From the NCBI GenBank assembly GCA_965261595.1, contig CBDHDG010000004.1, positions 320,001-384,000 on the forward strand: a stretch of 64,000 nucleotides of DNA. The letters run 5' to 3'. The DNA is from a bacterium. Lineage in GTDB: Bacteria; UBA8248; JACPRG01; G963555815. Numbering within the stretch: position 1 is the first letter of the stretch; each line of letters starts with the position of its first letter. A program made the translations under genes and the position numbers. Under the pieces are notes generated by a model. It was not told the origin of the DNA. It saw only the letters and a list, made by a program, of their open reading frames with translations, and made no database searches. This document shows, piece by piece, positions 9,627 through 18,534 of this stretch.

Positions 9627-10958
9627 ATGTCGAAAGCTCTGGACAAGCTCAACGAGCGGCTCACGGCCCACATGGAGGTGATCCTCCGCTGCACGGTCGA
9701 ATCCAAGAAATACGGCCGGCTCCTCCTGGCCTCCCCGCCGGTATCCCGCTATCCGTACGTCTACCCCCGGGACACGAACTGCGCCGTGCAGCTTTTCCGC
9801 CGCCTGGCCGGTTCGGAACGCGGCTACGACGCCGGACCGCGGGCCTTCGAGTTAATGAAATCGATGGCCCACTTCATGAAAGATGTGGTTTCCGAAGACG
9901 GCAACTGGGGTCAGCGATACAGCCTGGAGGGCGAAGACAAAAGCCTTTACAAGCAGGAAGACAACGTCGCCCACGGGGCGGCCATCATCTGCAACTATCT
10001 CCTGACCGCCCACCGCTTGAAACAACCCGTCGACGATCTGCAAAGCCTGCTCGATGCCATCGAAAAGGCCCTGCGCCACGCGCTCCGTGATTTCTACCAG
10101 CCGGAGCTGAACCTGTTTCAGTCCACCACGTCCATCCACGAATCGGCGATGGAAGAAGGTTACACGTGCTGGGTGAACTTCGCGTTCCTGTACGCGTTCT
10201 CGTTGGCGAACGAAGTGGCCGACAAATTCGACCAAGAGGGGCGGATCTCCCGTGATCACCTAAGCTTCCGAAAACACTTTCTGCATTCCGTCAACGAATT
10301 GTTCATGTCCGGGAATCGATACGTCCGGCGCATCGATCCGCAAGGACACATGGACTTCCGGCCGGACTTCACCTTGCTGAGCCCGTTTTACTTCGGTTTT
10401 CTGCATTACCGGAAAGAGATGGAGAAGAGCGTCGACTTCCTGGAGAAACAGTTGTGGGACCCCCAATTCGGGATGATCATGCGCTACCTCCCGTTCCGCC
10501 GGGACTTTACCACCCACGTCCACGCGGGCAACGGCCCCTGGCTGCAATACACGGCCATCCTGGCCCAATTCCACTATTGGAACGGAAACACCGAACGGGG
10601 CGACGGGCTGCTGGCCGCCATCGACGGGTACAGGAATGAAAAAGGCGAGATCCCCGAGCACCTGTCCACCTGCGCCCGGTTCGAGGCGTTCAGGAAAAAC
10701 GAATGGAAGACCGGCCTCGACTTCGACAAGGAATTCGACAAACACATCCTCCTGGACGACGTGGACTTCGACAAGATGCTGGAGGAGACGAACCACATGG
10801 CCGCGGCTTATCGGGAAACGGGAGGCCGGGGCATGTTTCGCGATTCGGTGGAAGCGGAGGGGGGCTACATCCAGTTCGCCACGCCCCTGATGTGGTCGCA
10901 TGTCGAGTACGCCCGCGCCCTCCTGGTCCGGGACAAAGACTGGTGGAAGGTCGCCTGA
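9627..10958 (+). CDS. Six-hairpin glycosidase, GH15 (glucoamylase)-like
   Basis: YPYVYPRD, WGQRY, QEDN, IHES, GNGPW, IPEH, ATPLMWSH correspond to GH15 (alpha/alpha)6 motifs. Confidence 0.7.
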   Translation: MSKALDKLNERLTAHMEVILRCTVESKKYGRLLLASPPVSRYPYVYPRDTNCAVQLFRRLAGSERGYDAGPRAFELMKSMAHFMKDVVSEDGNWGQRYSLEGEDKSLYKQEDNVAHGAAIICNYLLTAHRLKQPVDDLQSLLDAIEKALRHALRDFYQPELNLFQSTTSIHESAMEEGYTCWVNFAFLYAFSLANEVADKFDQEGRISRDHLSFRKHFLHSVNELFMSGNRYVRRIDPQGHMDFRPDFTLLSPFYFGFLHYRKEMEKSVDFLEKQLWDPQFGMIMRYLPFRRDFTTHVHAGNGPWLQYTAILAQFHYWNGNTERGDGLLAAIDGYRNEKGEIPEHLSTCARFEAFRKNEWKTGLDFDKEFDKHILLDDVDFDKMLEETNHMAAAYRETGGRGMFRDSVEAEGGYIQFATPLMWSHVEYARALLVRDKDWWKVA

Positions 10959-11015
10959 CACCCTGGATTTCCTACAACGAAGCGGCTTGGCCGACGATCC
11001 ACGCGTCCATCATTC

Positions 11016-11045
11016 TTGACCGCCTATGCGGCCCTACGCTAAATT
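11016..11045 (+). promoter_or_regulatory. Putative sigma70 promoter of the grd operon
   Basis: TTGACC-18 nt-TAAATT about 200 nt upstream of the GTG at 11245. Confidence 0.35.
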
Positions 11046-11244
11046 GCTCCATTGGCGGACCGCGCCCCGGACATTGTCCCGGCACCATGACGCGCGCGCG
11101 GAAACCCGCCAAAATGATGAAGTGGAAATCCTTGGAATCCCACGGTTCTTGTCCCGCCCCCCAGGGTGGACCTCCTCGGGGGGGAGTCCCTCGGGGCGGA
11201 GCCTCCCCGGGCGGACGCACCGAACGGTGAAAGCGGAGATTGCC

Positions 11245-12507
11245 GTGAAGCTGACGCTGAATTCCTTCCCGGTCGATGAAATCAAGGATTCCCGAAAAAC
11301 GGCCCTCGACGGCCACCGATTGCTGGTGAACCGGCAGGAGATGCGCGACCTCCTCCTCGAGGATGAGCGGCTCATCTCCGCGGAGATCGACTTCGCTCAT
11401 CCGGGCGAGTCCTGCCGGATCATCAACATCCTCGACATCTTCGATCCCCGTATCAAAGCCGAGGGCGAAACCTTTTGCGGAATCCTCGGCCCCGCGAAGC
11501 TCGCCGGAAGCGGGACGACGAACGTCCTGATGGGAATGAGCATCGTGACGTGCGGCCCGTTGGACGGGGCGGAGGACGCCTTCCTGGACATGACCGGTCC
11601 TTGCGCGGAGCTCAGCCCGTTCGCGGGTCTCGAAACGGTGGTCGTGCGCCTGACGCCCGCCCCCGGCCTGGACCGGGGCGGTTTCGCGAGGGCGGCGGTC
11701 GAGGCGGGCGTAAGGGCCTCCGGCTACCTGGGAGAAACCACACGGTCCGGGACGCCCGGGGGCTCGGAGCGCTTCGAGCAGACTTCGCTGTCCGGATCTA
11801 ACGGGCGCGACGATTCCCTTCCCAGGATCGCGTACATCTATCCCATTTACTCTCAGGGCGACGCCCGGGACATGCTCCTTTACGGGAGAAACACGCGCGA
11901 CCTGATCCCGACGCTCATCCACCCCAACGAGGTGATGGACGGGGCCGTTGTCTGGGCGGGGTTCTGCCGGCCCGCCAAGAATGTGACCTACAACCATCTG
12001 AACCACGGCGTCATCCGGACGCTCTACGAGGCTCACGGGCGCTCCATCTCCTTTGCGGGCGTCATCGTGACGAACCACCCCAAGCTGTTCTCCGACAAGG
12101 TCCTCTACGCGGAGATGATGGCCCGTTTCGCGGCCGACATCCTCGCCGCGGACGGGGTCATCGTCACGAAGGATTCCGGCGGCCAGGCGGACCCCGACTT
12201 GATGCAGATCTGCGAGAAGTGCGAGGAGCGGGGCGTGAAGACCACCCTTCTGACCATGGAAGCGGCCGGCGACGGCGGCTCTTCGGCGGGCGCGCTGGTG
12301 GACGCAAGCCCCCGGGCCGACGCCATCGTCGCCGTCGGAAATACCGTCGAGGAGGTCCGACTCCCCCGGATGGAGCGCATCCTAGGGGGCGACCGCCTCA
12401 AGGACTTTGAACAGGACCCGCGCGATCCCGTCGAGGTCTGTTTCAACAAGGTCCCCGGCGCCATCAGTCTGTTCGGCGACAACCGTCTCGCCGCTCTGGA
12501 GATCTAA
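11245..12507 (+). CDS. grdE: Glycine/sarcosine/betaine reductase component B proprotein subunit (GrdE/GrdG/GrdI family)
   Basis: GTG 11245 after GGAG; AHPGESCRI, PTLIHPNEVMDGA, LYEAHG...GVIVTN, ADGVIVTKD..G.AD.D, ADAIVAVGN; first gene of a grdB-grdA-grdC run. Confidence 0.88.
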   Translation: MKLTLNSFPVDEIKDSRKTALDGHRLLVNRQEMRDLLLEDERLISAEIDFAHPGESCRIINILDIFDPRIKAEGETFCGILGPAKLAGSGTTNVLMGMSIVTCGPLDGAEDAFLDMTGPCAELSPFAGLETVVVRLTPAPGLDRGGFARAAVEAGVRASGYLGETTRSGTPGGSERFEQTSLSGSNGRDDSLPRIAYIYPIYSQGDARDMLLYGRNTRDLIPTLIHPNEVMDGAVVWAGFCRPAKNVTYNHLNHGVIRTLYEAHGRSISFAGVIVTNHPKLFSDKVLYAEMMARFAADILAADGVIVTKDSGGQADPDLMQICEKCEERGVKTTLLTMEAAGDGGSSAGALVDASPRADAIVAVGNTVEEVRLPRMERILGGDRLKDFEQDPRDPVEVCFNKVPGAISLFGDNRLAALEI

Positions 12508-12529
12508 AGATTTTTTCGGAGGCCCGGCC

Positions 12530-13834
12530 ATGGCCGCCCCATACCGCGTGGTCCATTACCTGAATCAGTTTTTCTTCGGCCTCGGCGGCGAAGAGAAGGC
12601 ATCCATCGAGCCGACCGCGAAAGCGGGTCCCCTCGGTCCCGGCCGGCCCTTGCAGGAAGCGCTGGGCGGCGAAGCGGAGATCGTCAAAACCGTCACGTGC
12701 GGGGACAACTTTTTCGCCGAGCGCGCCGAGGAGGCATCGGATCGGCTCCTGGATCTCATCGAGGAGTCGCGGCCCCACCTCCTCCTGGCCGGGCCCGCCT
12801 TCGACGCCGGCCGCTACGGCCTGGCGTGCGGCCACTTGTGCCGAAAAGCCGGCGCGACCCTGAACATCCCCGCCATCACCGCTCTGGCGCCCGGAAACCC
12901 GGGCATCGAGCATAGCAAGGACGTCTACATCCTCTCCACCTCGAACAGCGTCCGCGGGATGAACCCGGCCCTCCAAGACATGGCCCGCCTCGGTCTCAAG
13001 CTGATGCGGGGAGAACCCCTGCGTTCCGCCCGCGAGGAAGGATATCTTCCAAGGGGGTTCCGGAAAAATTTCCGCGTCGAGAAGCGCGGAGCGGATCGGG
13101 CGCTCGACATGATCCTGGCCAAGGTCCGGGGGCGGGCTTTCGAGACCGAGCTCATCCTGCCCAAGTTCGACGGGGTCCCCCCGGCCCCGCCCGTCAAGGA
13201 CCTGGAATCCGCCAAAATCGCCCTGGTCACCACGGAAGGACTGGTCCCCAAAGGCAACCCCGACCGGATGGACTCGACCCGGGCCGACCGTTACGCCAAA
13301 TACCGTATCGAGGACCTTGACGCCCTCGACGCCTCGGCCTTTGAATTCCACCACGGGGGATTCTCCACCGCGGACGTCAATAACGACCCCCACCGGGCCG
13401 TTCCCCTGGACGTCCTCCGGGAGATGGAGCGCGAGGGCCGGATCGGCAAGCTCTTCGGCGACATCTACAGCTTTGCCGGATGCAGCACGTACTACGAAAC
13501 GGCCGCCGGGATGGGGCGCGAGATCGCCCGGGAGCTGAAGGGACGCGGCGTGAACGCCGTCCTCATCCTCTCATCCTGAGGGACGTGCACCCGCTGCGGG
13601 TCAGCGGTCGCGAAGGAGATGGACAGAGAGGGCGTTCCGGCGGCGCTGATCACCACCTTGATCTCGGTCGCCAAAAACGTGGGCGCGAACCGAATCGTTC
13701 CCGGCGCCGGCGTCCCCCACGTAACCGGAAATCCGGACCTGGGACCGGAGGGCGAGCGAGCGCTTCGCGCCGCGCTCGTCGAGCGGGCCCTGACGGCCCT
13801 CACCACCCCGCTGGAAGAGCAGCGGGTGTTCTGA
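12530..13834 (+). CDS. grdB: Glycine/sarcosine/betaine reductase selenoprotein B (GrdB/GrdF/GrdH family), 434 aa, Sec at codon 350 (TGA 13577-13579)
   Basis: RVVHYLNQFF.GLGGEEKA N-terminus, GPAFDAGRYG, VPKGNPD; the TGA reads through as ILSS-U-GTCTRCG, in frame with the 13619-13834 ORF (VGANRIVPG..PH). Confidence 0.95.
13580..13611 (+). promoter_or_regulatory. Bacterial SECIS-like hairpin for GrdB Sec
   Basis: CCGCTG-CGGGT-CAGCGG stem (13591-13607) starts 11 nt after the UGA; G-containing apical loop 17 nt after the UGA. Confidence 0.75.
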
Positions 13835-13930
13835 ACATTCGGCGGCGGGACCGCCCCTTCGAGATTCGGCGGCGGCATCCGGCTAAGGCCAGCCCGGCGG
13901 TTTTCGGGCGATGATTCGAGAGGAGGATCC

Positions 13931-14395
13931 ATGCTCAAAGGAAAAAAGGTGATCGCCCTGGGCGAACGGGACGGCGTGCCGGGCGACGTCGTTGCCGAGT
14001 GCGCCGAGGCGGCGGGTGCCCAGGTTGTCCTTCAGATGACCGAGTGCTTCGTCTGAACATCGGCCGGCGCCATGGACATGGAGCGTCAGGGCGATATCCG
14101 ATCCATCGTCGAAGAGCGCAGCCGGGAAGACCTCATCGTCGTTCTCGGCGCGACAGACGTGGATTTCCTGTCGCTGGCGGCGGAGACGGTCGTCTCCGGC
14201 GACCCCAGCTATGCCGGTCCATTGGCGGGAGTCTCGTTGGGACTCCCTGTGTACCACATTCTGGAGCCCGGGCTTCGCGCGGAGATCCCCGCGCCGCTCT
14301 ATCAGGAGAAGCTTGAGCTCGTCTCGATGGTCGCCGACCTGCCCGGAATCGGCCGGGCGTTGGAGAAGTTTCGCGCGGCGCCCACGGGAGATTGA
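13931..14395 (+). CDS. grdA: Glycine/sarcosine/betaine reductase selenoprotein A, 154 aa, Sec at codon 42 (TGA 14054-14056)
   Basis: AGGAGG RBS; MLKGKKVIALGERDGVPG...TECFV-U-TSAGAMDMERQ...AETVVSGDPSYAGPLAGVSLGLPVYHILE, the GrdA CxxU signature. Confidence 0.96.
14057..14087 (+). promoter_or_regulatory. Bacterial SECIS-like hairpin for GrdA Sec
   Basis: GGCG-CCAT-GGAC-ATGG-(AG)-CGTC hairpin (14066-14087); GGAC loop 17 nt after the UGA, same spacing as in grdB. Confidence 0.75.
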
Positions 14396-14455
14396 CACCC
14401 GGACGGCCGTGGCGCGGCCCCCGGCGGCCTCACGCCTGCTGACCCACGGAGGATC

Positions 14456-15838
14456 ATGCGAAAGGCGACGATTTCGGCCTCAACGTGCGTTCTCGCGCAC
14501 ACGCCCGCGCTCGTTCGGTACGGCTCGAAGCCCTTCCGGGAGAGCCGGCGCGACGGCGGCTTCCTGCCGGCCCTCGAAGCCCGGATCCGGTCCTTCGAGG
14601 CGGCCGCCGCCTACCCGCCCAACCAGGTGTTTATCGGGAACCTCCCCCCCCAAGCCCTGCGGGACATCGATCCTCCTTGGTATGAACATCGGTCACCGGG
14701 GGCGGAACGAACGTCGCCCACGGGTGAGATCATCCCGGAGGACCGTTTCCTCGCCCTCCTCAACTCAGCCGACGCGTTCGGCCTCATCGACCTGTCTGAG
14801 GATTTTTGCCGAACGATAGGGCTGGAGGGCGCCGGCTCATCGCGCGACTTCTCGGGCCTGGGGAGCGCGGACGCCGAGCTGCCCCTGTTCTTCGAGGGTG
14901 AGGCCGTGGGGCGAATCCGATCGGACCATGAAGAAGACGATTCCCTCAAGGCGGCCGTTCTGCTCGAAAACCTGGCAGCGAAGGCCTCGGCCTTTCAGGC
15001 GCTGGAGCTGCTGCTGGCTCACCCCGGCGTTCCCGGCCGCGATTCGCTGGATTTCATCATCGGCTGTTCGGAGGAAGCCGTCGGCGACCGCTACCAACGG
15101 GGCGGCGGGAACCTCGCCAAGGCTGTCGGCGAGATGGCCGGACTCGCCCAGGCCGGCGGAGCGGACGTCAAGAACTTCTGCGCCGGCCCCCTTCAGGCGC
15201 TCATCTTCGCGGGCAGCCTCGTGGCGTCCGGGGTGTTCGACCACGTGGCCGTCGTCGGCGGGGGTTCCCTTCCCAAGCTGGGGATGAAGGCGTCCGCCCA
15301 CCTGGAGCGCGACATGCCGATCCTGGAGGACGTCCTGGCCGGCTTCGCCGCATGGGTGTCGGCGGACGGAGAAGGCCCCCGGATCCGATTGGATGGAACG
15401 GGCTTTCACCGGATCGGCGCCGGAAACGCCCAACAGGCCATTCTCGAATCCCTCGTGGCCGAGCCCCTCGGGCGCCTCGGCCTGCGCATCACCGACGTCC
15501 CCGTGTACGCGACCGAGCTCCACAATCCCGAGATCACCGTCCCCGCCGGCGGCGGCGACGTTCCCCGGACGAACTACAGGTTCATCGGGGCGCTGGCCGC
15601 CCTTCGCGGGGAGATCGACCGCTCGGAGATCGACCGCTTCGCCGACGACCACGGGCTGCCGGGGTTCTCCCCCTCGCAAGGGCACATTGCCTCCGCCGTG
15701 CCGGCCCTCCCCCACGTCCTTCGGCGGTTCACGGAGGACGGTCTCGACCGGGCGTTCTTTCTCGCGAAGGGGAGCCTCTTTCTCGGCCGGATGACCCGGC
15801 TTTCAGACGGGGTTTCTTTCCTGCTTGACGCCGGTTGA
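14456..15838 (+). CDS. grdC: Glycine/sarcosine/betaine reductase component C beta subunit (FabH-like)
   Basis: YPPNQVFIGN, LLENLAAKAS, CSEEAVGDRYQRGGGNLAKA, FCAGP, ELHNPEIT.PAG.GDVP, PSQGHIAS, KGSLFLGRMT. Confidence 0.93.
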   Translation: MRKATISASTCVLAHTPALVRYGSKPFRESRRDGGFLPALEARIRSFEAAAAYPPNQVFIGNLPPQALRDIDPPWYEHRSPGAERTSPTGEIIPEDRFLALLNSADAFGLIDLSEDFCRTIGLEGAGSSRDFSGLGSADAELPLFFEGEAVGRIRSDHEEDDSLKAAVLLENLAAKASAFQALELLLAHPGVPGRDSLDFIIGCSEEAVGDRYQRGGGNLAKAVGEMAGLAQAGGADVKNFCAGPLQALIFAGSLVASGVFDHVAVVGGGSLPKLGMKASAHLERDMPILEDVLAGFAAWVSADGEGPRIRLDGTGFHRIGAGNAQQAILESLVAEPLGRLGLRITDVPVYATELHNPEITVPAGGGDVPRTNYRFIGALAALRGEIDRSEIDRFADDHGLPGFSPSQGHIASAVPALPHVLRRFTEDGLDRAFFLAKGSLFLGRMTRLSDGVSFLLDAG

Positions 15839-15924
15839 GGGCCGATCGGCGGGAGGGGCGGCCGGAAACCGGTCCCTTCTCATCGGGCGGACTCCAAGCG
15901 CAACCGGAGAGACCGCCCGAAGAA

Positions 15925-15953
15925 ATGACACGTCAACGACAAACTGCTACCAT
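15925..15953 (+). promoter_or_regulatory. Putative sigma70 promoter for the Rieske-amidohydrolase pair
   Basis: ATGACA-17 nt-TACCAT with extended -10 TGn. Confidence 0.4.
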
Positions 15954-15995
15954 CGACACGAGTGGACTGAAGAAACAGATTGGGGAGAAGCAAAC

Positions 15996-16361
15996 GTGCC
16001 GGGGTTGTATGTGGGAAACGTGGAGGAGTTCGAAGAGCGCGGGTGCAAGATCATCGGCCAGGGGGACATCGAGATCGGCGTGTTCCGGGTCGGGGAGGAA
16101 TATTACGCCTACCGAAATGTCTGCCCCCACCAAGGCGGCCCGGTCTGCCAGGGGCGGATCCTGGGCAAGGTGGAACAAAGCCTAGCCGAGGACAAAACAA
16201 GCCGGGGGCTGAGGTTCTCGAACGATCACATCCACATCATCTGCCCCTGGCACGGTTATGAGTTCGATCTCCAAACCGGGGTTCATCCGGGGGACCATCG
16301 CGTCCGCCTGGTCGGTTATCCGATAGAACGCCGCGGAAATGAAATCTACGTCGTCGTGTGA
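15996..16361 (+). CDS. Rieske [2Fe-2S] ferredoxin
   Basis: CPHQG...CPWHG Rieske motif; GTG at 15996 after GGGGAG. Confidence 0.92.
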   Translation: MPGLYVGNVEEFEERGCKIIGQGDIEIGVFRVGEEYYAYRNVCPHQGGPVCQGRILGKVEQSLAEDKTSRGLRFSNDHIHIICPWHGYEFDLQTGVHPGDHRVRLVGYPIERRGNEIYVVV

Positions 16362-16393
16362 CGCGCTCCTCACACAGGAGGGGAGAATGACAG

Positions 16394-17641
16394 ATGAGTG
16401 ATCCTCAGACGGAGCAGGTGGCGGAAAAAATCCGGGAGTTGGAGCGAATCGGCGATCAGACCGACACGCGCGAAATCCTGGCCCTGGCGAAGAAGCAGGC
16501 CATCGAGAGGAAATACGAAGACTACGTGATCGTGGACGCCGACTGCCACCACATGGAAACCGCGTCCTGGAAGAATATCCTCCAGTACGTCGAAGACCCG
16601 GTCATCCGCCAACAGGCCCTGGACTTCCAGGCCCGGGTCGCGTCTCCCCATTACGGCCTGATCGATCCGCTCGCCTACCACCAGGACGCGGGCGGACGCA
16701 TCCGGCACCAGCGCCACCAAGGCTGGAGCGAGTCCGGCGAAGACGCGGGCGTTCATCGCGACATCGTCCAGATCCGTCGCTCGCTGGAGTGCCTCGGGAT
16801 CGACTATTCGGTGCTCTTTCCGACAAGAATGCTGGCCCTGGGGATGAACCCGCAGATCGAGATGGAAGTCCTGATGGGCCGGGCCTACAACCACTGGATG
16901 GTCGATCAGGTGCTGCCGGGCGACGACCGGATTAAGTCGCTCCTCTATCTGCCCTTCAGCGCGCCGGACGCGGCGTTGCGCACGATCGAGGAGTTCTCCG
17001 ACAAACCCGGCGTGATCGGCTTCCTGGTCACGAGCGTCCGGAACATTCCGGTTCACGACGACCGGTACATGAAGATTTACGCCGCCCTCGAGGAGCGCGG
17101 GCTTCCCCTCGCCTTCCACGGCGGTTACTCCTGGCACGACCCGAGCATGGCCCAATTCGACCGGTTCATCGGGGTGCACGCCATGGGCTTCGTGTTCTGG
17201 CCCATGGTCCACCTGATCAACTGGGTGATCCACGGAATCCCCGAACGGTTTCCGAACCTCGACATCATTTGGCTCGAGGCCGGTCTGGCCTGGGCGATCT
17301 TCCTGATGGAGCGCCTGGACGGCGAGTACATGAAGCGCATCTCCGAGGCGCCGCTGCTGAAAAAGAAGCCGAGCGAGTACATCCGGGAGATGCACTTCAC
17401 CACCCAGCCCCTCGAAATGGATAACCTCAAGGCGCTGGAGCTGAACTTCGAGATGCTCAACGCCGAGACGCAGGTCCTGTACGCCTCGGACTGGCCGCAC
17501 TGGGATTTCGACCTCCCCAGCACGATATTCGATCTGCCCTTCCTCAGCGATCAGGCCAGACGGAACATCCTGGGCGAGACCGCGATGAAGCTGTTCAAAC
17601 TGGAGAAGCCGCGCAAAAAGATCATTCCCGCCGACAATTAG
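16394..17641 (+). CDS. Amidohydrolase_2-fold protein, candidate dinuclear oxygenase
   Basis: VDADCHHME, RAYNHW, LAFHG, ERFPNL..WLEAG, ASDWPHWD; AGGAGG RBS; directly after the Rieske gene. Confidence 0.88.
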   Translation: MSDPQTEQVAEKIRELERIGDQTDTREILALAKKQAIERKYEDYVIVDADCHHMETASWKNILQYVEDPVIRQQALDFQARVASPHYGLIDPLAYHQDAGGRIRHQRHQGWSESGEDAGVHRDIVQIRRSLECLGIDYSVLFPTRMLALGMNPQIEMEVLMGRAYNHWMVDQVLPGDDRIKSLLYLPFSAPDAALRTIEEFSDKPGVIGFLVTSVRNIPVHDDRYMKIYAALEERGLPLAFHGGYSWHDPSMAQFDRFIGVHAMGFVFWPMVHLINWVIHGIPERFPNLDIIWLEAGLAWAIFLMERLDGEYMKRISEAPLLKKKPSEYIREMHFTTQPLEMDNLKALELNFEMLNAETQVLYASDWPHWDFDLPSTIFDLPFLSDQARRNILGETAMKLFKLEKPRKKIIPADN

Positions 17642-18522
17642 AAGACGCCCGCCGGATCATGTCGAATGTCCGAAGAGCAGGCAGCGCCTCTTCCTGAATC
17701 ATCATGCCGATCTCGGCCCCGACCCCTCCGATTCGGGCGGCCTCGTGGAGGACGGCCGCGCGGTGGGTCTTCCTCACCGAGGTCAGAATGGTCTCCCGGT
17801 CGAGGGGGGCGACGGTCCTGAGATCGATCACCTCCACGTCCATCCCTTCCTCCGCCATCCGGTCCGCGGCCGAAAGGGCCAGGGGGACCATGGCCCCCAG
17901 CGCGACCAGCGTCAGATCGCTTCCCCGCCTCCGGACCTCCGCCTCTCCCAGTGGGACCGTGCAATCCCCCTCCGGAACGTCGCCCTGGACGGAATAGAGC
18001 CCCTTGTTTTCCAGGAAAAGGACCAGATTGTCTTCCCGAATGGCCGTCTTGAGGAGCCCTTTGGCGTCGGCGGGATTCGAGGGCATGACGACCCGGACGC
18101 CGGGGACGTGCAGGAACCAGGCTTCGAGGCTCTGGACGTGCGTCGCGCCGTTGGGGAACTGGCTCCCTAGGGCGCGCGGATGACGGCGGGGACCTTCACC
18201 TGCCCCCCCGACATGTAGCGGATCTTCGCCCCGAGGTTGACGATCTGGTCCATGGCCAGGGTGATGAAATCAAAGAATTGAAGCTCCGCCACGGGGCGGG
18301 TCCCGGCGATGGCGGCGCCGATGGCCGCGCCGACGTAGCTGGTCTCGGAGATGGGCGTGTCGATCACGCGGCCCGGTCCGAACTCGGCCAGCAGGCCCCG
18401 GGTCACCGTGAAGGACCCGTCGAAAATGGCGATGTCCTCCCCGAGACAAAAGACCAGGGGTCGCGTCGCATCTCTTCCCGCAGGGCCTCGTTCAGGGCTT
18501 CGGCGAACGTGATTCTACGCAA
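17638..18522 (-). pseudogene. 2-oxoacid/acetoin dehydrogenase E1 beta subunit, disrupted and 3'-truncated
   Basis: GEDI, RVIDTPISE, PVAELQFFDF, QSLEAWF, PSNPADAKGLL, VIDLRTVAPLD; in-frame TAG at 18167-18169, several frame changes, normal C-terminus missing. Confidence 0.8.
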
Positions 18523-18534
18523 AATCGAAATCCT

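Noticed and set aside
11195..11244. Glycine riboswitch upstream of the grd operon (CACCGAA present)
   Set aside because: The GGAGAG and CTCTCAGG elements of the aptamer are missing.
18167..18169. Pyrrolysine or stop readthrough at the TAG in E1 beta
   Set aside because: Further frameshifts and a truncation surround it; no pyl context.
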